Assembly: GCA_965649115.1 (NCBI GenBank)
Contig: CBFGJN010000004.1
Location: forward strand, 1-35,810
DNA: 35,810 nt
From: a candidate division WOR-3 bacterium
Lineage (GTDB): Bacteria > Hydrothermota > Hydrothermia > LBFQ01 > DSFT01
Direction of reading: 5' to 3'
The position numbers and the translations under genes are program-made. The stretch's first letter is position 1. Each line of letters starts with the position of its first letter. The notes under the pieces are model-generated. The model made no database searches, was not told where the DNA came from, and saw nothing but the letters and a program-made list of their open reading frames with translations. Of the stretch, positions 8,478 to 18,330 are shown in pieces.

Positions 8478-10940
8478 TTGTTTGAAATTTTAGTTTCAAT
8501 AGCGAATTTTCAAAACTTCATAAATTATGAAATTTTTGCTGAATTTGATGATAGTTTGAACATAATAAAAGGTTATGAAACAATATATTATATTAACAAC
8601 TCAAAAGATACATTAAAATATATTGAATTAAACCTTTATGCTAATGCTTTTAGACCAAATTCAAAGTACAATCAAGATATTAAAAATAAACTAAAAGTTA
8701 AAAAAACAGGGATAGATAGAGCAAAATCAAAAGATTGGGGCTATATTATAATTGATAGTTGTTCAGAAAAATTTGATACAAATGATATGCTAATGCGTGT
8801 CTATAAAACCATTTTACCTAAAGAAACGACAAAAATTTTTATAAAATTTACACTTAAAATTCCAAAACTATTTGATAGATTAGGTAAATCGGAAGAAGAA
8901 TATGAAATTACACAATGGTATCCGAAGGTTGGTGTTTATGATGAAAGAGGATGGAGAACCTATGGTTATAGATATAATACGGAATTTTATGGAGATTACG
9001 CAAATTGGAAAGTTTCAATAAAAGTTAAGAAAGACTATATAGTAGGAGCAAGTGGTTATCTCATAGACTCAATAATAGATGATAATTTTAAAATTCTAAC
9101 TTATAAGCTTGAAAGAGCACATGATTTTGCTTTTGTAATGAGCAAAAGATACAAAGTTGAATTAGTAAATTATGATAGTATAAAAATTTACATCTTGCAC
9201 TATTCAAATGATAGTAATTTTATAAAGACAGCAAAATATCATTCAATAAATGCTTTAAAAATTTTTAGTAAAAAACTTTATCCTTATCCATATAAAACGC
9301 TTACAATTGTTGAAAGTCATTTAAGAGCAGGAGGTGGAATGGAATATCCAGCATTAGTTCTAATAACAAATCCAAAAGAATTTAAGAGTAGAAGATTTAG
9401 ATTAATAAAAAATTCAAAAAATTATTACTTAGCAATTGTTATAGCTCACGAAATTGGCCATCAGTGGTTTTATGGAATTATAGGAAATGATGAAGCTTAT
9501 GAAGCTTGGTTAGATGAAGGAATGAATAGTTACCTTGAAGATTATTACAATCATTTAGTTTTTAGTGATGAAAGTATTTACAATATATTTGGAATTTTTA
9601 AAAAAATTATGAAATTTTATTTAGGAAATTATGATTTTAGACTATTTAGTGATTATTTTGTTTATTTAGAGCCATACGATGAGCCAATGTTAGGAAAACC
9701 TGCTTGGGAAATGAAGAATTATTGGCAAGTTTATAATAGAGGAAAAAATTTAATGCTTGCCTTAGAAGATATTGTTGGAGATAGTTTGTTTGATGTAATT
9801 CTTAAAGAGTATTTTAAAAGGTTCGCTTTTAAACATCCAAGAAGTGAAGATTTTATAGAGTTAGCAGAGGAAATTTCAAATTTAGACTTAACAGCATTTA
9901 AAAATCAATGGTTATACGGTAAGGGACTACCAAATTATAGTGTTTATAAGACTATTAACAACAAATTCTTAATAAAAGGCACATATAAATATCCAATTTC
10001 TACAATTATTGACAATAATCTTTTAAAGCTAAAACCAGACACAATTGTTAATGGTAAAAAAATAATTATTGACCCATATAATAGAGTTCTTGAAAGTGAT
10101 GAATGGGATAATACTTATCCTAGAAGATTTGAAATTAAACCATTTTTCAATATCCCCAAAATGGGTTATTATCAAATAAGTTATATTCCATTTATTTTCT
10201 ATAATCCTTTTGATAATTATTTCTTTGGAATATATTTAAGAGGTTCTGAAAGTTATAAAAGACACTTTTTTAGTTATGGTGGAAATACGAAAGGTGATTT
10301 TTATTTAGGTTTTTGGGAAAATAACTTTTTATTTAATTTGAAGTTTGTAAAAAATATATTTAATTTAGATTTTGGTTTTAAAAATAAGTTCATTCAATTT
10401 CTTATTTTTAATGATTATATAAATGACCTTTCTTATCTTGATGGAAATTATTTTGAGAAAGCTAATGTTTGGGGAATTAAAATAAATGGATTTTATAAAA
10501 ATTTAAAAGTTTTTTCAAAAATTTCAAAAGATTTTCAAAAATTCAATATAAATTACAATTTCAAAATTTCAAGAATGCTAAATCTGAAATTATCTTATTA
10601 TCGTATATTTGGAAGTTATCCAATACACGAAAGAATTTACATTGATGGTGGATTTCTTTATCCAAGAGCATTTGAGATTCTACTGCCTTATAAAGGAAAT
10701 TGGTTTTATTCAAAATATCTTGTTTTTAATGATGGAATATACTCAAGAAGAGGCGAAAATATATTTTCAGATGAATTTGTTCTTTCGGAAATTAAATTTA
10801 GTCTTTTTGGTCCTTTTGGAATTTATTCAACATTAGGATGGACGGGTAAAACTTATATAGATTATGGGATTTATTTGAAGTTATATAAATTTGAAATTAA
10901 ATTTGTGAATTTTAATAGCTTTATAGTAAAATTAAATTGA
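8478..10940 (+). CDS. M1 family metallopeptidase with aromatic-rich C-terminal extension
   Basis: GGMEYP exopeptidase motif, HEIGH Zn motif, WLDEG third ligand; TTG start. Confidence 0.9.
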   Translation: MFEILVSIANFQNFINYEIFAEFDDSLNIIKGYETIYYINNSKDTLKYIELNLYANAFRPNSKYNQDIKNKLKVKKTGIDRAKSKDWGYIIIDSCSEKFDTNDMLMRVYKTILPKETTKIFIKFTLKIPKLFDRLGKSEEEYEITQWYPKVGVYDERGWRTYGYRYNTEFYGDYANWKVSIKVKKDYIVGASGYLIDSIIDDNFKILTYKLERAHDFAFVMSKRYKVELVNYDSIKIYILHYSNDSNFIKTAKYHSINALKIFSKKLYPYPYKTLTIVESHLRAGGGMEYPALVLITNPKEFKSRRFRLIKNSKNYYLAIVIAHEIGHQWFYGIIGNDEAYEAWLDEGMNSYLEDYYNHLVFSDESIYNIFGIFKKIMKFYLGNYDFRLFSDYFVYLEPYDEPMLGKPAWEMKNYWQVYNRGKNLMLALEDIVGDSLFDVILKEYFKRFAFKHPRSEDFIELAEEISNLDLTAFKNQWLYGKGLPNYSVYKTINNKFLIKGTYKYPISTIIDNNLLKLKPDTIVNGKKIIIDPYNRVLESDEWDNTYPRRFEIKPFFNIPKMGYYQISYIPFIFYNPFDNYFFGIYLRGSESYKRHFFSYGGNTKGDFYLGFWENNFLFNLKFVKNIFNLDFGFKNKFIQFLIFNDYINDLSYLDGNYFEKANVWGIKINGFYKNLKVFSKISKDFQKFNINYNFKISRMLNLKLSYYRIFGSYPIHERIYIDGGFLYPRAFEILLPYKGNWFYSKYLVFNDGIYSRRGENIFSDEFVLSEIKFSLFGPFGIYSTLGWTGKTYIDYGIYLKLYKFEIKFVNFNSFIVKLN

Positions 10941-10962
10941 TGTGTCCGAAATTTATGAATTT

Positions 10963-12360
10963 TTAAGGAAATTCTTCTTTTATGAGTTCTAATTCATTTT
11001 TTAATTTTTCAATAATTGGATTTTCTTCCTTAATTAGCATTTCTATCTCTTTATAGTTATAGTTTAGTAGATTTAAAGCTTTCTTAATTTCATTAATATA
11101 TTCTTTTGCAGATTGATAGGTGTAATCATTACTAAATATAAACTTGATTTTATTTTCCTCTTCAAGAATTTCAGATGATGATATTATACCAAGAGCAATT
11201 GGATTTTGCTTTTCAAAATAGTCTAAAAGTTTATCTTTGAGTGTTAAAGGCTTATCTTCTTTAACTTCATTTTCAGCTTTCTTATAGACGATATTATAGT
11301 TTTCTAATATATTCATTATTTGAATTGTTTTTGGCATAAGGCACATTCTTGAAATGAAAAATTCAAGCCATATTCTTGGTGTTATTGAATATCTAATTGA
11401 ACTTTCCATTTCAAGAGCTAAATTTAAAATTAACATTAAATCTTCTTTTTTATAGTCTTTTCTTTTATTTTCCAAAACTTCTTTAAATACATTAAATAAA
11501 AATTCATTAAATTCCTTAATAAAATCTAAAATAGAAACATTTTTTTGTAGAATGTCATTTAAAATTGAAAGAGCCTTATTAATATTTCTTGAAAAAATTT
11601 CCTTTAATAAGTTTTCAAGTTTTTCCCTTTCAATAGAGCCAAGAACATCTAAAACATCCTTATATGTAATTTTTCCATCACAAAACATTCTCATTTGATC
11701 CAATAGAACAAGAGCATCTCTTAATGAACCTTCTGACCTTCTTGCTATTTCTTCTATTGCTTTTTCTTCAATTTCAATATTTTCAATTTTTATAATTTCA
11801 TTCATTCTTTGAACAATTTCAAATGTTGATATAGGTTTAAAATCGTACCTTTGTAATCTTGAAATAACAGTTGGTGGAATTTTTTGGGGGTCAGTTGTAG
11901 CAAATATAAATACTACATGTTTTGGTGGTTCCTCAAGTGTTTTAAGAAGTGCGTTGAATGCTTCAATTGTAAGCATATGAACTTCATCAATTATATAGAC
12001 TTTATATCTACCTCTAACAGGTAGAAATTTTACATTTTCTCTAATTTGTCTTACTTCATCTATTCCTCTATTACTTGCTCCATCAATTTCTATAACATCT
12101 ATATGTCTTGAATTTTCAATATCTTTACAGGATGAACAAGTTCCGCAAGGATTTTCAATAATATCTTCATAACTTTCACAATTTAGGGCTTTTGCTAAAA
12201 TTCTTGCTGTTGTAGTTTTTCCAACACCTCTTGGACCTGAAAATAAATATGCTTGTGATATTCGTTTTTCTTTAAGAGATCTTCTTAAAGCCTTAACAAT
12301 ATGCTCCTGTCCTATGTGTTCATTAAAATTTTTTGGTCTGTACTTCACTGCTAAACTCAT
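10963..12360 (-). CDS. dnaX: DNA polymerase III subunit gamma/tau
   Basis: KYRP, GPRGVGKTT, Zn-binding Cys cluster, EIDGASNRG, IIDEVHML, FNALLKTLEEPP. Confidence 0.96.
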   Translation of the reverse strand: MSLAVKYRPKNFNEHIGQEHIVKALRRSLKEKRISQAYLFSGPRGVGKTTTARILAKALNCESYEDIIENPCGTCSSCKDIENSRHIDVIEIDGASNRGIDEVRQIRENVKFLPVRGRYKVYIIDEVHMLTIEAFNALLKTLEEPPKHVVFIFATTDPQKIPPTVISRLQRYDFKPISTFEIVQRMNEIIKIENIEIEEKAIEEIARRSEGSLRDALVLLDQMRMFCDGKITYKDVLDVLGSIEREKLENLLKEIFSRNINKALSILNDILQKNVSILDFIKEFNEFLFNVFKEVLENKRKDYKKEDLMLILNLALEMESSIRYSITPRIWLEFFISRMCLMPKTIQIMNILENYNIVYKKAENEVKEDKPLTLKDKLLDYFEKQNPIALGIISSSEILEEENKIKFIFSNDYTYQSAKEYINEIKKALNLLNYNYKEIEMLIKEENPIIEKLKNELELIKEEFP

Positions 12361-12395
12361 TTTTAAAATTTTAAAGTTGATAGATTAAAGCTTCG

Positions 12396-12599
12396 TACTG
12401 TGTCCAATAATTCTGAAAATATAATCATTTCTTATTTTGCCCACCCACCCTAAAAATAAGCCTTCGGCTTATAAATACCCATTTTTAGGCTATGGGGGGC
12501 GGAGCCCCCCTCAAAACCCCCCGTAAAATATATAATTTTCTTAAAATTTTTATAAGTTATTGACAATCAATAACTTAACAACAATTATTGGACAATGCA
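12396..12599 (-). mobile_element. MITE copy E3 (204 bp, orientation B)
   Basis: Ends TACTGTGTCCAATAATT / AATTATTGGACAATGCA; exact 9-bp target duplication AAAGCTTCG at 12387-12395 and 12600-12608. Confidence 0.92.
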
Positions 12600-12642
12600 A
12601 AAGCTTCGCCTTCCATAAAATCAATAGGTTTTAAGGTATTGT

Positions 12643-14424
12643 TTATTGAAAGTGTTCAGAATAATCTTCAAGAGGATATTTTTCTTTAAGCTCTCTTTCA
12701 AAGGAACTTATTAAATTTTGTAAGTTTTTTTGATATAATTGAGATTTAATAATTAATTTTTGACTTTCAAATTGACTTAGATCAGGCAGTTTTTCTTCTA
12801 ACTTTTTATAAACAATAAAACCTAAATCATGTTCAAAAACATCAATGTCATTTATATTCTTTTCAAAAACCCTACTAAAAAACTGGTCTTTCTGATTAAA
12901 TGGTAATCCTTGAATGTACATATCTGATGTTATTAAACCTGTTTCAAGGATAATAACTCTTGGGTCATTATTAAATAAGTTTCTTATTGAAATGGTGTCA
13001 TTATTTTTTAGATATTCTTTAACTTTTTCAATAGAGCTTTTCAAAATTTCTTTCTTTTTCTTATTTATAAGCCTTGCTTCAATTATAGCTTTAACTTCAT
13101 CGTAACTTTGATAACCTTCCTTTTTCTTATCAATTATTCCAAAAGCCACTAAAAAATTACCCATATCGTATATTCTTGAAAATTCACCAATTTTACCTTT
13201 TTCTAAGAATTTTCTTAATTCTTCATTTTCTCCAACAATAGGATAAAATTGTGAATTTATCGGAATATATATCGTTGTATCTATTCTAAAAGCTTTTAAA
13301 TTTTTTGTTTTAATAGCATTTTTAATGCTATCAATAATTAATTTCTTCGTTTCTATTGAAGGTTTTATCTTAATGAGAATTTGGCTAAAATCAATAGTGT
13401 CTTTTTTCTTCTTATCAATTTTATAAATATAATATCCAAGAGGTGTTAATATAGGACCAATTATTTCATTTTCATTTGCTTTTAGAAAGCTATCCCTTAT
13501 TTCAGGAAACAAATTATTAATTAAGAAATTCCTAACTTTCCCTGAATCATTCTTTGTTATTAAATCCTCTGAAAATAGAAATGCTAATTTATTAAAGTTT
13601 TCACCACTTTTAGCTTGTTCCTTTATACTTTCAATTTTATCTCTTGCTAAAATTGTATCATTATATGATGGAACTTTAAAGGCACGAATAACAATAAGTT
13701 TTACTCTTGAAGGTGCTTTAAATTCTTCTTTGTTTTTATTGTAGTAATTCTTTTTTTCTTCTTCTGAAATTTTAATAGTATCTGGAACTAATGATGCTGG
13801 AATGTTTGCATATAGAATTTTTACTTTTCTATTTCTATAAATAAACTCGAACTTTGCTTCTTCATCAGAAACATTTGACATAACTGCCAAATAGTATCTT
13901 ACTATATCTCTTGGAATTTCAGTTTTTAACCTTTCTTCATAAAATTTAAAAAACGGAATTGACCTTTGGTCTCTAAGAAGCGAAATATATTTACCATAAT
14001 CAAATTTACCATTTGTGTAAAAAATTGTATCATTTATAACTTCTGGTGGTGGGAATAAAACAATTGTTTTAACAATAGCATCTTTTGTGAGTGAAATTTT
14101 TAAATCTTCTAATAATAATCTCCATCTTATCCTATCAACTAATTCATCAAAAACTTTCTTTCTTAAATTTTCAATTTCATCGGCTGTTAGTTCTCTTCCT
14201 AATTTCCTTGTTGTATCATTTATTGCTTTTTCAAGTTCTAAATTAAATTCGTTATAAGTTAATTCATAGTTTCCAATTTTAGCAATAACTCCTCTTTCCC
14301 AAGGTTGATAGACTTTGTATCCTAATATATTAGCTCCAAGTTCAAGACCTATCCAACCTATGAATGCTAAAATAAGAATCCAAAGAACAAAAACTCCTAT
14401 TCTTCTCATTGTTTGCATTATCAT
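12643..14424 (-). CDS. PpiD/SurA-type periplasmic chaperone (parvulin-like domain)
   Basis: N-terminal membrane anchor (VLWILILAFIGWIG), SurA_N-like region, parvulin-like F..LA..FSED..T...SG and GPI.T..GY. Confidence 0.8.
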   Translation of the reverse strand: MIMQTMRRIGVFVLWILILAFIGWIGLELGANILGYKVYQPWERGVIAKIGNYELTYNEFNLELEKAINDTTRKLGRELTADEIENLRKKVFDELVDRIRWRLLLEDLKISLTKDAIVKTIVLFPPPEVINDTIFYTNGKFDYGKYISLLRDQRSIPFFKFYEERLKTEIPRDIVRYYLAVMSNVSDEEAKFEFIYRNRKVKILYANIPASLVPDTIKISEEEKKNYYNKNKEEFKAPSRVKLIVIRAFKVPSYNDTILARDKIESIKEQAKSGENFNKLAFLFSEDLITKNDSGKVRNFLINNLFPEIRDSFLKANENEIIGPILTPLGYYIYKIDKKKKDTIDFSQILIKIKPSIETKKLIIDSIKNAIKTKNLKAFRIDTTIYIPINSQFYPIVGENEELRKFLEKGKIGEFSRIYDMGNFLVAFGIIDKKKEGYQSYDEVKAIIEARLINKKKKEILKSSIEKVKEYLKNNDTISIRNLFNNDPRVIILETGLITSDMYIQGLPFNQKDQFFSRVFEKNINDIDVFEHDLGFIVYKKLEEKLPDLSQFESQKLIIKSQLYQKNLQNLISSFERELKEKYPLEDYSEHFQ

Positions 14425-14462
14425 AAGTTTGAAAAGTTTAAAGCAATAATTATTTGCCTTTA

Positions 14463-14666
14463 TGTTTTGTCTAAGAATTCTGAAATGTAGATTATTTCTA
14501 TTCTTTGCCCGCCCACCCTATATTTAAGCCTTCGGCTTACAAATTCCCATATTTAGGCTAAGGGGGGCGAAGCCCCCCTATAATCCCCCATAAAATCAAT
14601 AATTTCTTTAAAAATTTTATAAGTTATTGACTATCAATCACTTAACACCATTTACTAGACAAGGCA
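14463..14666 (-). mobile_element. MITE copy E4 (204 bp, orientation B)
   Basis: Ends TGTTTTGTCTAAGAATT / ATTTACTAGACAAGGCA; same internal modules as E3. Confidence 0.88.
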
Positions 14667-14675
14667 TTAGATAAT

Positions 14676-14797
14676 TGCTTTGTCTAGTAATTCTAAAATT
14701 ATTCATTTTTCTATATTTTTCCCATCCACCCTGAAATTGAGCCTTTGGCTCTACTTATTTGCCCCCCTTAATTCCCCTCGAAAAATCAATAATTTCA
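14676..14797 (-). mobile_element. Truncated MITE copy E5, tandem with E4
   Basis: Starts TGCTTTGTCTAGTAATTCT exactly 9 nt after E4; retains CCCATCCACCCTGAAA, GAGCC-TTT-GGCTC and the C-tracts; right boundary approximate. Confidence 0.8.
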
Positions 14798-14915
14798 GAT
14801 CTTCTTGTTTCATTAAAAATCCATAAACCGATCCATGAATATTAGAGCTTCAAGAAAATTGCTTTTTCCTTAGTTTGGACTTCCATAATTTTAAAGTGCT
14901 TTAAACTTTTAAAAA

Positions 14916-15398
14916 TTGAAAATTAAAACAATAGATATTCCATCGGTTGGTAAGAGATATGATATTACTACTGAAAGTAATTCAAAATTCGTTTTAATTG
15001 ATTATTTTTCAGGTTTTAAAGAAATTTACATTTTAAAGGATAATCAAACAATTGGATCAATTAAGTTGAATAATGATGAAGCAAATCAACTTGCTATTTT
15101 ACTTTCAAGAATGTTTTTAAAAGATTTTTTGGAAAAAAGAATAGATGTTATATTTCAAAGTTTAGCAATAGAAACAGTTAAAATTGAAGAAGATTTTAAA
15201 AGTATTAATAAAACTATTGAGGAAATAAAATTTAGAACATTTACGCAGACTTACATTATTGCTATTATAAGGAATGAAAAACCAATAGTAATGCCACAAC
15301 CATCAGAAAAAATTTTAGAAAATGATATTTTAGTTTTGCTTGGAAATATTGAAGATATTGAAAAAGCTAAAATTTATTTAAGAAATCTAAAACAATAA
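14916..15398 (+). CDS. TrkA-C (RCK_C) domain protein, KhtT-like cation:proton antiporter regulatory subunit
   Basis: KhtT-like N-terminus (I..VGKRY.I), C-terminal KTIEEIKFR...IIAIIRN...P...I.ENDILVLLG; TTG start. Confidence 0.8.
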   Translation: MKIKTIDIPSVGKRYDITTESNSKFVLIDYFSGFKEIYILKDNQTIGSIKLNNDEANQLAILLSRMFLKDFLEKRIDVIFQSLAIETVKIEEDFKSINKTIEEIKFRTFTQTYIIAIIRNEKPIVMPQPSEKILENDILVLLGNIEDIEKAKIYLRNLKQ

Positions 15399-15443
15399 TT
15401 TTAAGATGTCTTATCTAGCAATTCTAAAACCAAGCAATTATTT

Positions 15444-15968
15444 TTATTTTTTCTCAATAGGAGCTAATAGAATATAAGGAGTTTTTGGTTCTTTATCAGG
15501 AGGAACATACCAAGTCTTTGACAAAATAGAGTCTCCTTTCGGACCAAGTGATTTTATAAATCTATACATAGCTCTTAAATCCTTATCTGATATTTGATGA
15601 TAATTGTGCCAAGGCATGGGTGGTCTTTCCTTTCTTGTTCTAAACATATTTACCCATTCGTCTTCAGTTATTGTATTAACTAAAATTCTTAGATTTGAAG
15701 GATAAGTTGTTCCCCAAGGTCCTCTATATCCAATTTTATTACCAACTAACCATTCACTTTCAGGAAGTTTTCCTCCCGATATATCCCAACCAGGTGTATG
15801 ACAATCATTACAACCACCTATAAGGATAAGATATTTCCCTGCTTCCTCCGGCGTTTTAGATTTTACATATATTACGCTATCTTCAACAGTTTCTTTCTCT
15901 TTTTCTAATTTTTCTTTTTCACAAGCAATCAAAAAGTTCAAAAATAAACAGAGTATAGAAAGTCTCAT
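15444..15968 (-). CDS. Monoheme cytochrome c lipoprotein
   Basis: Lipobox FLIA-C, GGCNDCHTPG (CxxCH), GPWGT.YPSNL, PPMPW; start moved from the track's TTG 15989 to ATG 15968, which lies 7 nt after a TAAAAT box and opens the signal peptide. Confidence 0.85.
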   Translation of the reverse strand: MRLSILCLFLNFLIACEKEKLEKEKETVEDSVIYVKSKTPEEAGKYLILIGGCNDCHTPGWDISGGKLPESEWLVGNKIGYRGPWGTTYPSNLRILVNTITEDEWVNMFRTRKERPPMPWHNYHQISDKDLRAMYRFIKSLGPKGDSILSKTWYVPPDKEPKTPYILLAPIEKK

Positions 15969-15992
15969 AGGTAAAATTTTAAAGGACAAAAA

Positions 15993-16129
15993 TCTAGTAA
16001 TTCTAAAAATATAATTATTTCTATATTTAAGCCTTTGGCTTAAACTTCGCCCCCCTTAATCCCCCCATTATTTCAAGTATTTCAATGAATTTTTTATAAG
16101 TGATTGATTATCAATTATTAGACAAAGCA
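15993..16129 (-). mobile_element. Internally deleted MITE copy E6 (orientation B)
   Basis: Truncated end TCTAGTAATTCT, AAGCC-TTT-GGCTT hairpin, half hairpin CTTCGCCCCCC, intact end AATTATTAGACAAAGCA; a further degenerate end at ~16153-16175. Confidence 0.8.
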
Positions 16130-16195
16130 TCATTTTGTGCCTTCCTATTTTGTGCTTATCTAATAATTCTGAAAGTATCTGTGAAAATTCCCATT

Positions 16196-16867
16196 TTAAG
16201 GCTTTGCCTTGAACTTATAGCTTAAATTTTTATTAGGGTAAGGACAGAATTTATATATTGGGCAAATAGAACATTTTGGTTTGTAAGAGCAAATAGCTTG
16301 GCCGAATGCAACAAGATATAAATTAACATCTCTCCATAAATGTTTAGGAATAACTTTATATAATTCTTTTTCAGTTTGTAAGGTATTTTTAGTTTTTACC
16401 CAACCTAATCTATTTGATATTCTGTGAACATGAACATCAACAGCTATCAAATCTTTTTTATAAACATTTGACAAGAAAACATTAGCAACTTTTCTTCCAA
16501 CACCTGGAAGATTAATTATTTCTTCGTAGTTATTTGGAATTTTACCTTTATATTTTTCAAGAATGATTTTAGAAATTTCTTTGATGTATTTTACTTTTCT
16601 TTTATAGAATGATATTGGCTTTAATAGTTTTTCAAGTTCTTCATCAGTTAAAGCTAAAATTTTCTCGGGACTATCAGCAATTTCAAACAATTTTTTTGAG
16701 ATTTCAGAAGTAATACTATCTTTGGTTTGAGTTGATAAAACTGCCATTATTAAGCTCTTGAATGGTTCGTTATTATGAACTTTAATCATCTTTTTAACTG
16801 TTGCTTTATCTTCTGGCCAATTTTCAAATTCATTTTTCAATATATTCAGAATTTCTTCAACATTCAT
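16196..16867 (-). CDS. nth: Endonuclease III (HhH-GPD, 4Fe-4S)
   Basis: LSTQTKD, LPGVGRKVAN, IAVDVHVHRISNRLG, C-x6-C-x2-C-x5-C. Confidence 0.93.
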   Translation of the reverse strand: MNVEEILNILKNEFENWPEDKATVKKMIKVHNNEPFKSLIMAVLSTQTKDSITSEISKKLFEIADSPEKILALTDEELEKLLKPISFYKRKVKYIKEISKIILEKYKGKIPNNYEEIINLPGVGRKVANVFLSNVYKKDLIAVDVHVHRISNRLGWVKTKNTLQTEKELYKVIPKHLWRDVNLYLVAFGQAICSYKPKCSICPIYKFCPYPNKNLSYKFKAKP

Positions 16868-18330
16868 TATGGATAAATTTTTGGTTTTATATTTTCCAAT
16901 ATATTAATTTGATTATTGTTCTTCGTTGTTTTGGAGGTTAATAGAAATTCGGAGCTTAAAAATTCAACAACTTCATCTGGTAATTTTCTATCTATTGAGG
17001 AAAAATCTTTTATCAAGTTTTCAACAGTGTGGGTATAAGTTTGTCCTTCAATAAAATCTTTACTTTCTAAAATGTAAATTAAAAATTCTAAATTGTTAAT
17101 TGGTCCTAAATATATTGTTTCTTTAAGAGCTTGAATAAGCCTTTTTCTTGCTATTTCTCTATTTTCTCCATAGGAAATAAATTTTGCAATCATTGGGTCA
17201 TAAAATGGACTGATTTCATTACCTGAGATATATCCATAATCTATCCTTACATTAGGTATTATTGGATATTCAATATATTCAATTTTTCCTGTTTGAGGAA
17301 AGAAATTGTTTAATGGATCTTCTGCGTATAATCTTGCCTCAATTGAATGTCCTCTAAATTTAATATCTTCTTGATTTATGTTTAGTTTTTGACCTTCCGA
17401 GATTAAAATTTGAAGAGCTATTAGATCATAACCACTAATCATTTCACTTACAGGATGTTCAACCTGTATTCTTGAATTTACTTCAAGAAAATAAAATTCC
17501 CCATTTGAATATAAGAACTCAACCGTTCCTGCATTTGTGTAATTTGAATATTTTATAATTTTTTTAGCATAGTCATATAATTTTTTTCTTTCATCATCAT
17601 TCAAAGCCGGACTTAAAGCTTCTTCAATAATTTTTTGTTGTCTTCTTTGAATTGAACATTCTCTTTCTCCAAAAACCAAAATATTTCCATAATTATCAGC
17701 AATAATTTGAACTTCAATATGTCTTGCAGGATAAATATATTTTTCTACAATTATTCTATCATCAGAAAAATTGTTTAGAGCTTCTCTTTGGGCAGAAAGA
17801 ATAATTTCATCTAAATTTTCAAAGCTGGTTATTTTTTTCATTCCTTTACCACCACCACCTGCTGATGCTTTTAATAGAACAGGAAGACCAATTTTTTGAA
17901 TATAATTTTTAATTTCATTTAAATCTCTTAAATCAAGAGAACTTTCAGCAATAGGAATTCCTAATTCTTTTGCTAATTTCTTAGCATTGGCTTTATCTCC
18001 CAATAATTCTATTGCTTTATAGTTTGGCCCTATAAATTTAATTCCATTTTCCTCTACAATTTTTGCAAATTTGCTATTTTCAGCTAAAAAACCATATCCT
18101 GGGTGGATAGCATCAACGTTGAATTTTTTAGCAACATCAATAATTTTTTCTATATTTAGATATTCTAATGGTTCTTTTATATTTTCAGAATAATCTGCAT
18201 ATTTAACGAAAGGTAAATTTTTGTCAATATCAGAATATATTACAACACTTTCTATTCCAAAAACCTTAAGCGTTCTAATGATTCTTAAAGCAATTTCACC
18301 TCTATTCGCTACTAAAACTCTTTTAAACAC
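16867..18330 (-). CDS. accC: Biotin carboxylase subunit of an acyl-CoA carboxylase
   Basis: VLVANRGEIA, IHPGYGFLAEN, GGGGKGM, ERECSIQRR, FLEVNSRIQVEHP, FYDPMIAK; no fused BCCP domain, so substrate specificity is uncertain. Confidence 0.88.
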   Translation of the reverse strand: MFKRVLVANRGEIALRIIRTLKVFGIESVVIYSDIDKNLPFVKYADYSENIKEPLEYLNIEKIIDVAKKFNVDAIHPGYGFLAENSKFAKIVEENGIKFIGPNYKAIELLGDKANAKKLAKELGIPIAESSLDLRDLNEIKNYIQKIGLPVLLKASAGGGGKGMKKITSFENLDEIILSAQREALNNFSDDRIIVEKYIYPARHIEVQIIADNYGNILVFGERECSIQRRQQKIIEEALSPALNDDERKKLYDYAKKIIKYSNYTNAGTVEFLYSNGEFYFLEVNSRIQVEHPVSEMISGYDLIALQILISEGQKLNINQEDIKFRGHSIEARLYAEDPLNNFFPQTGKIEYIEYPIIPNVRIDYGYISGNEISPFYDPMIAKFISYGENREIARKRLIQALKETIYLGPINNLEFLIYILESKDFIEGQTYTHTVENLIKDFSSIDRKLPDEVVEFLSSEFLLTSKTTKNNNQINILENIKPKIYP

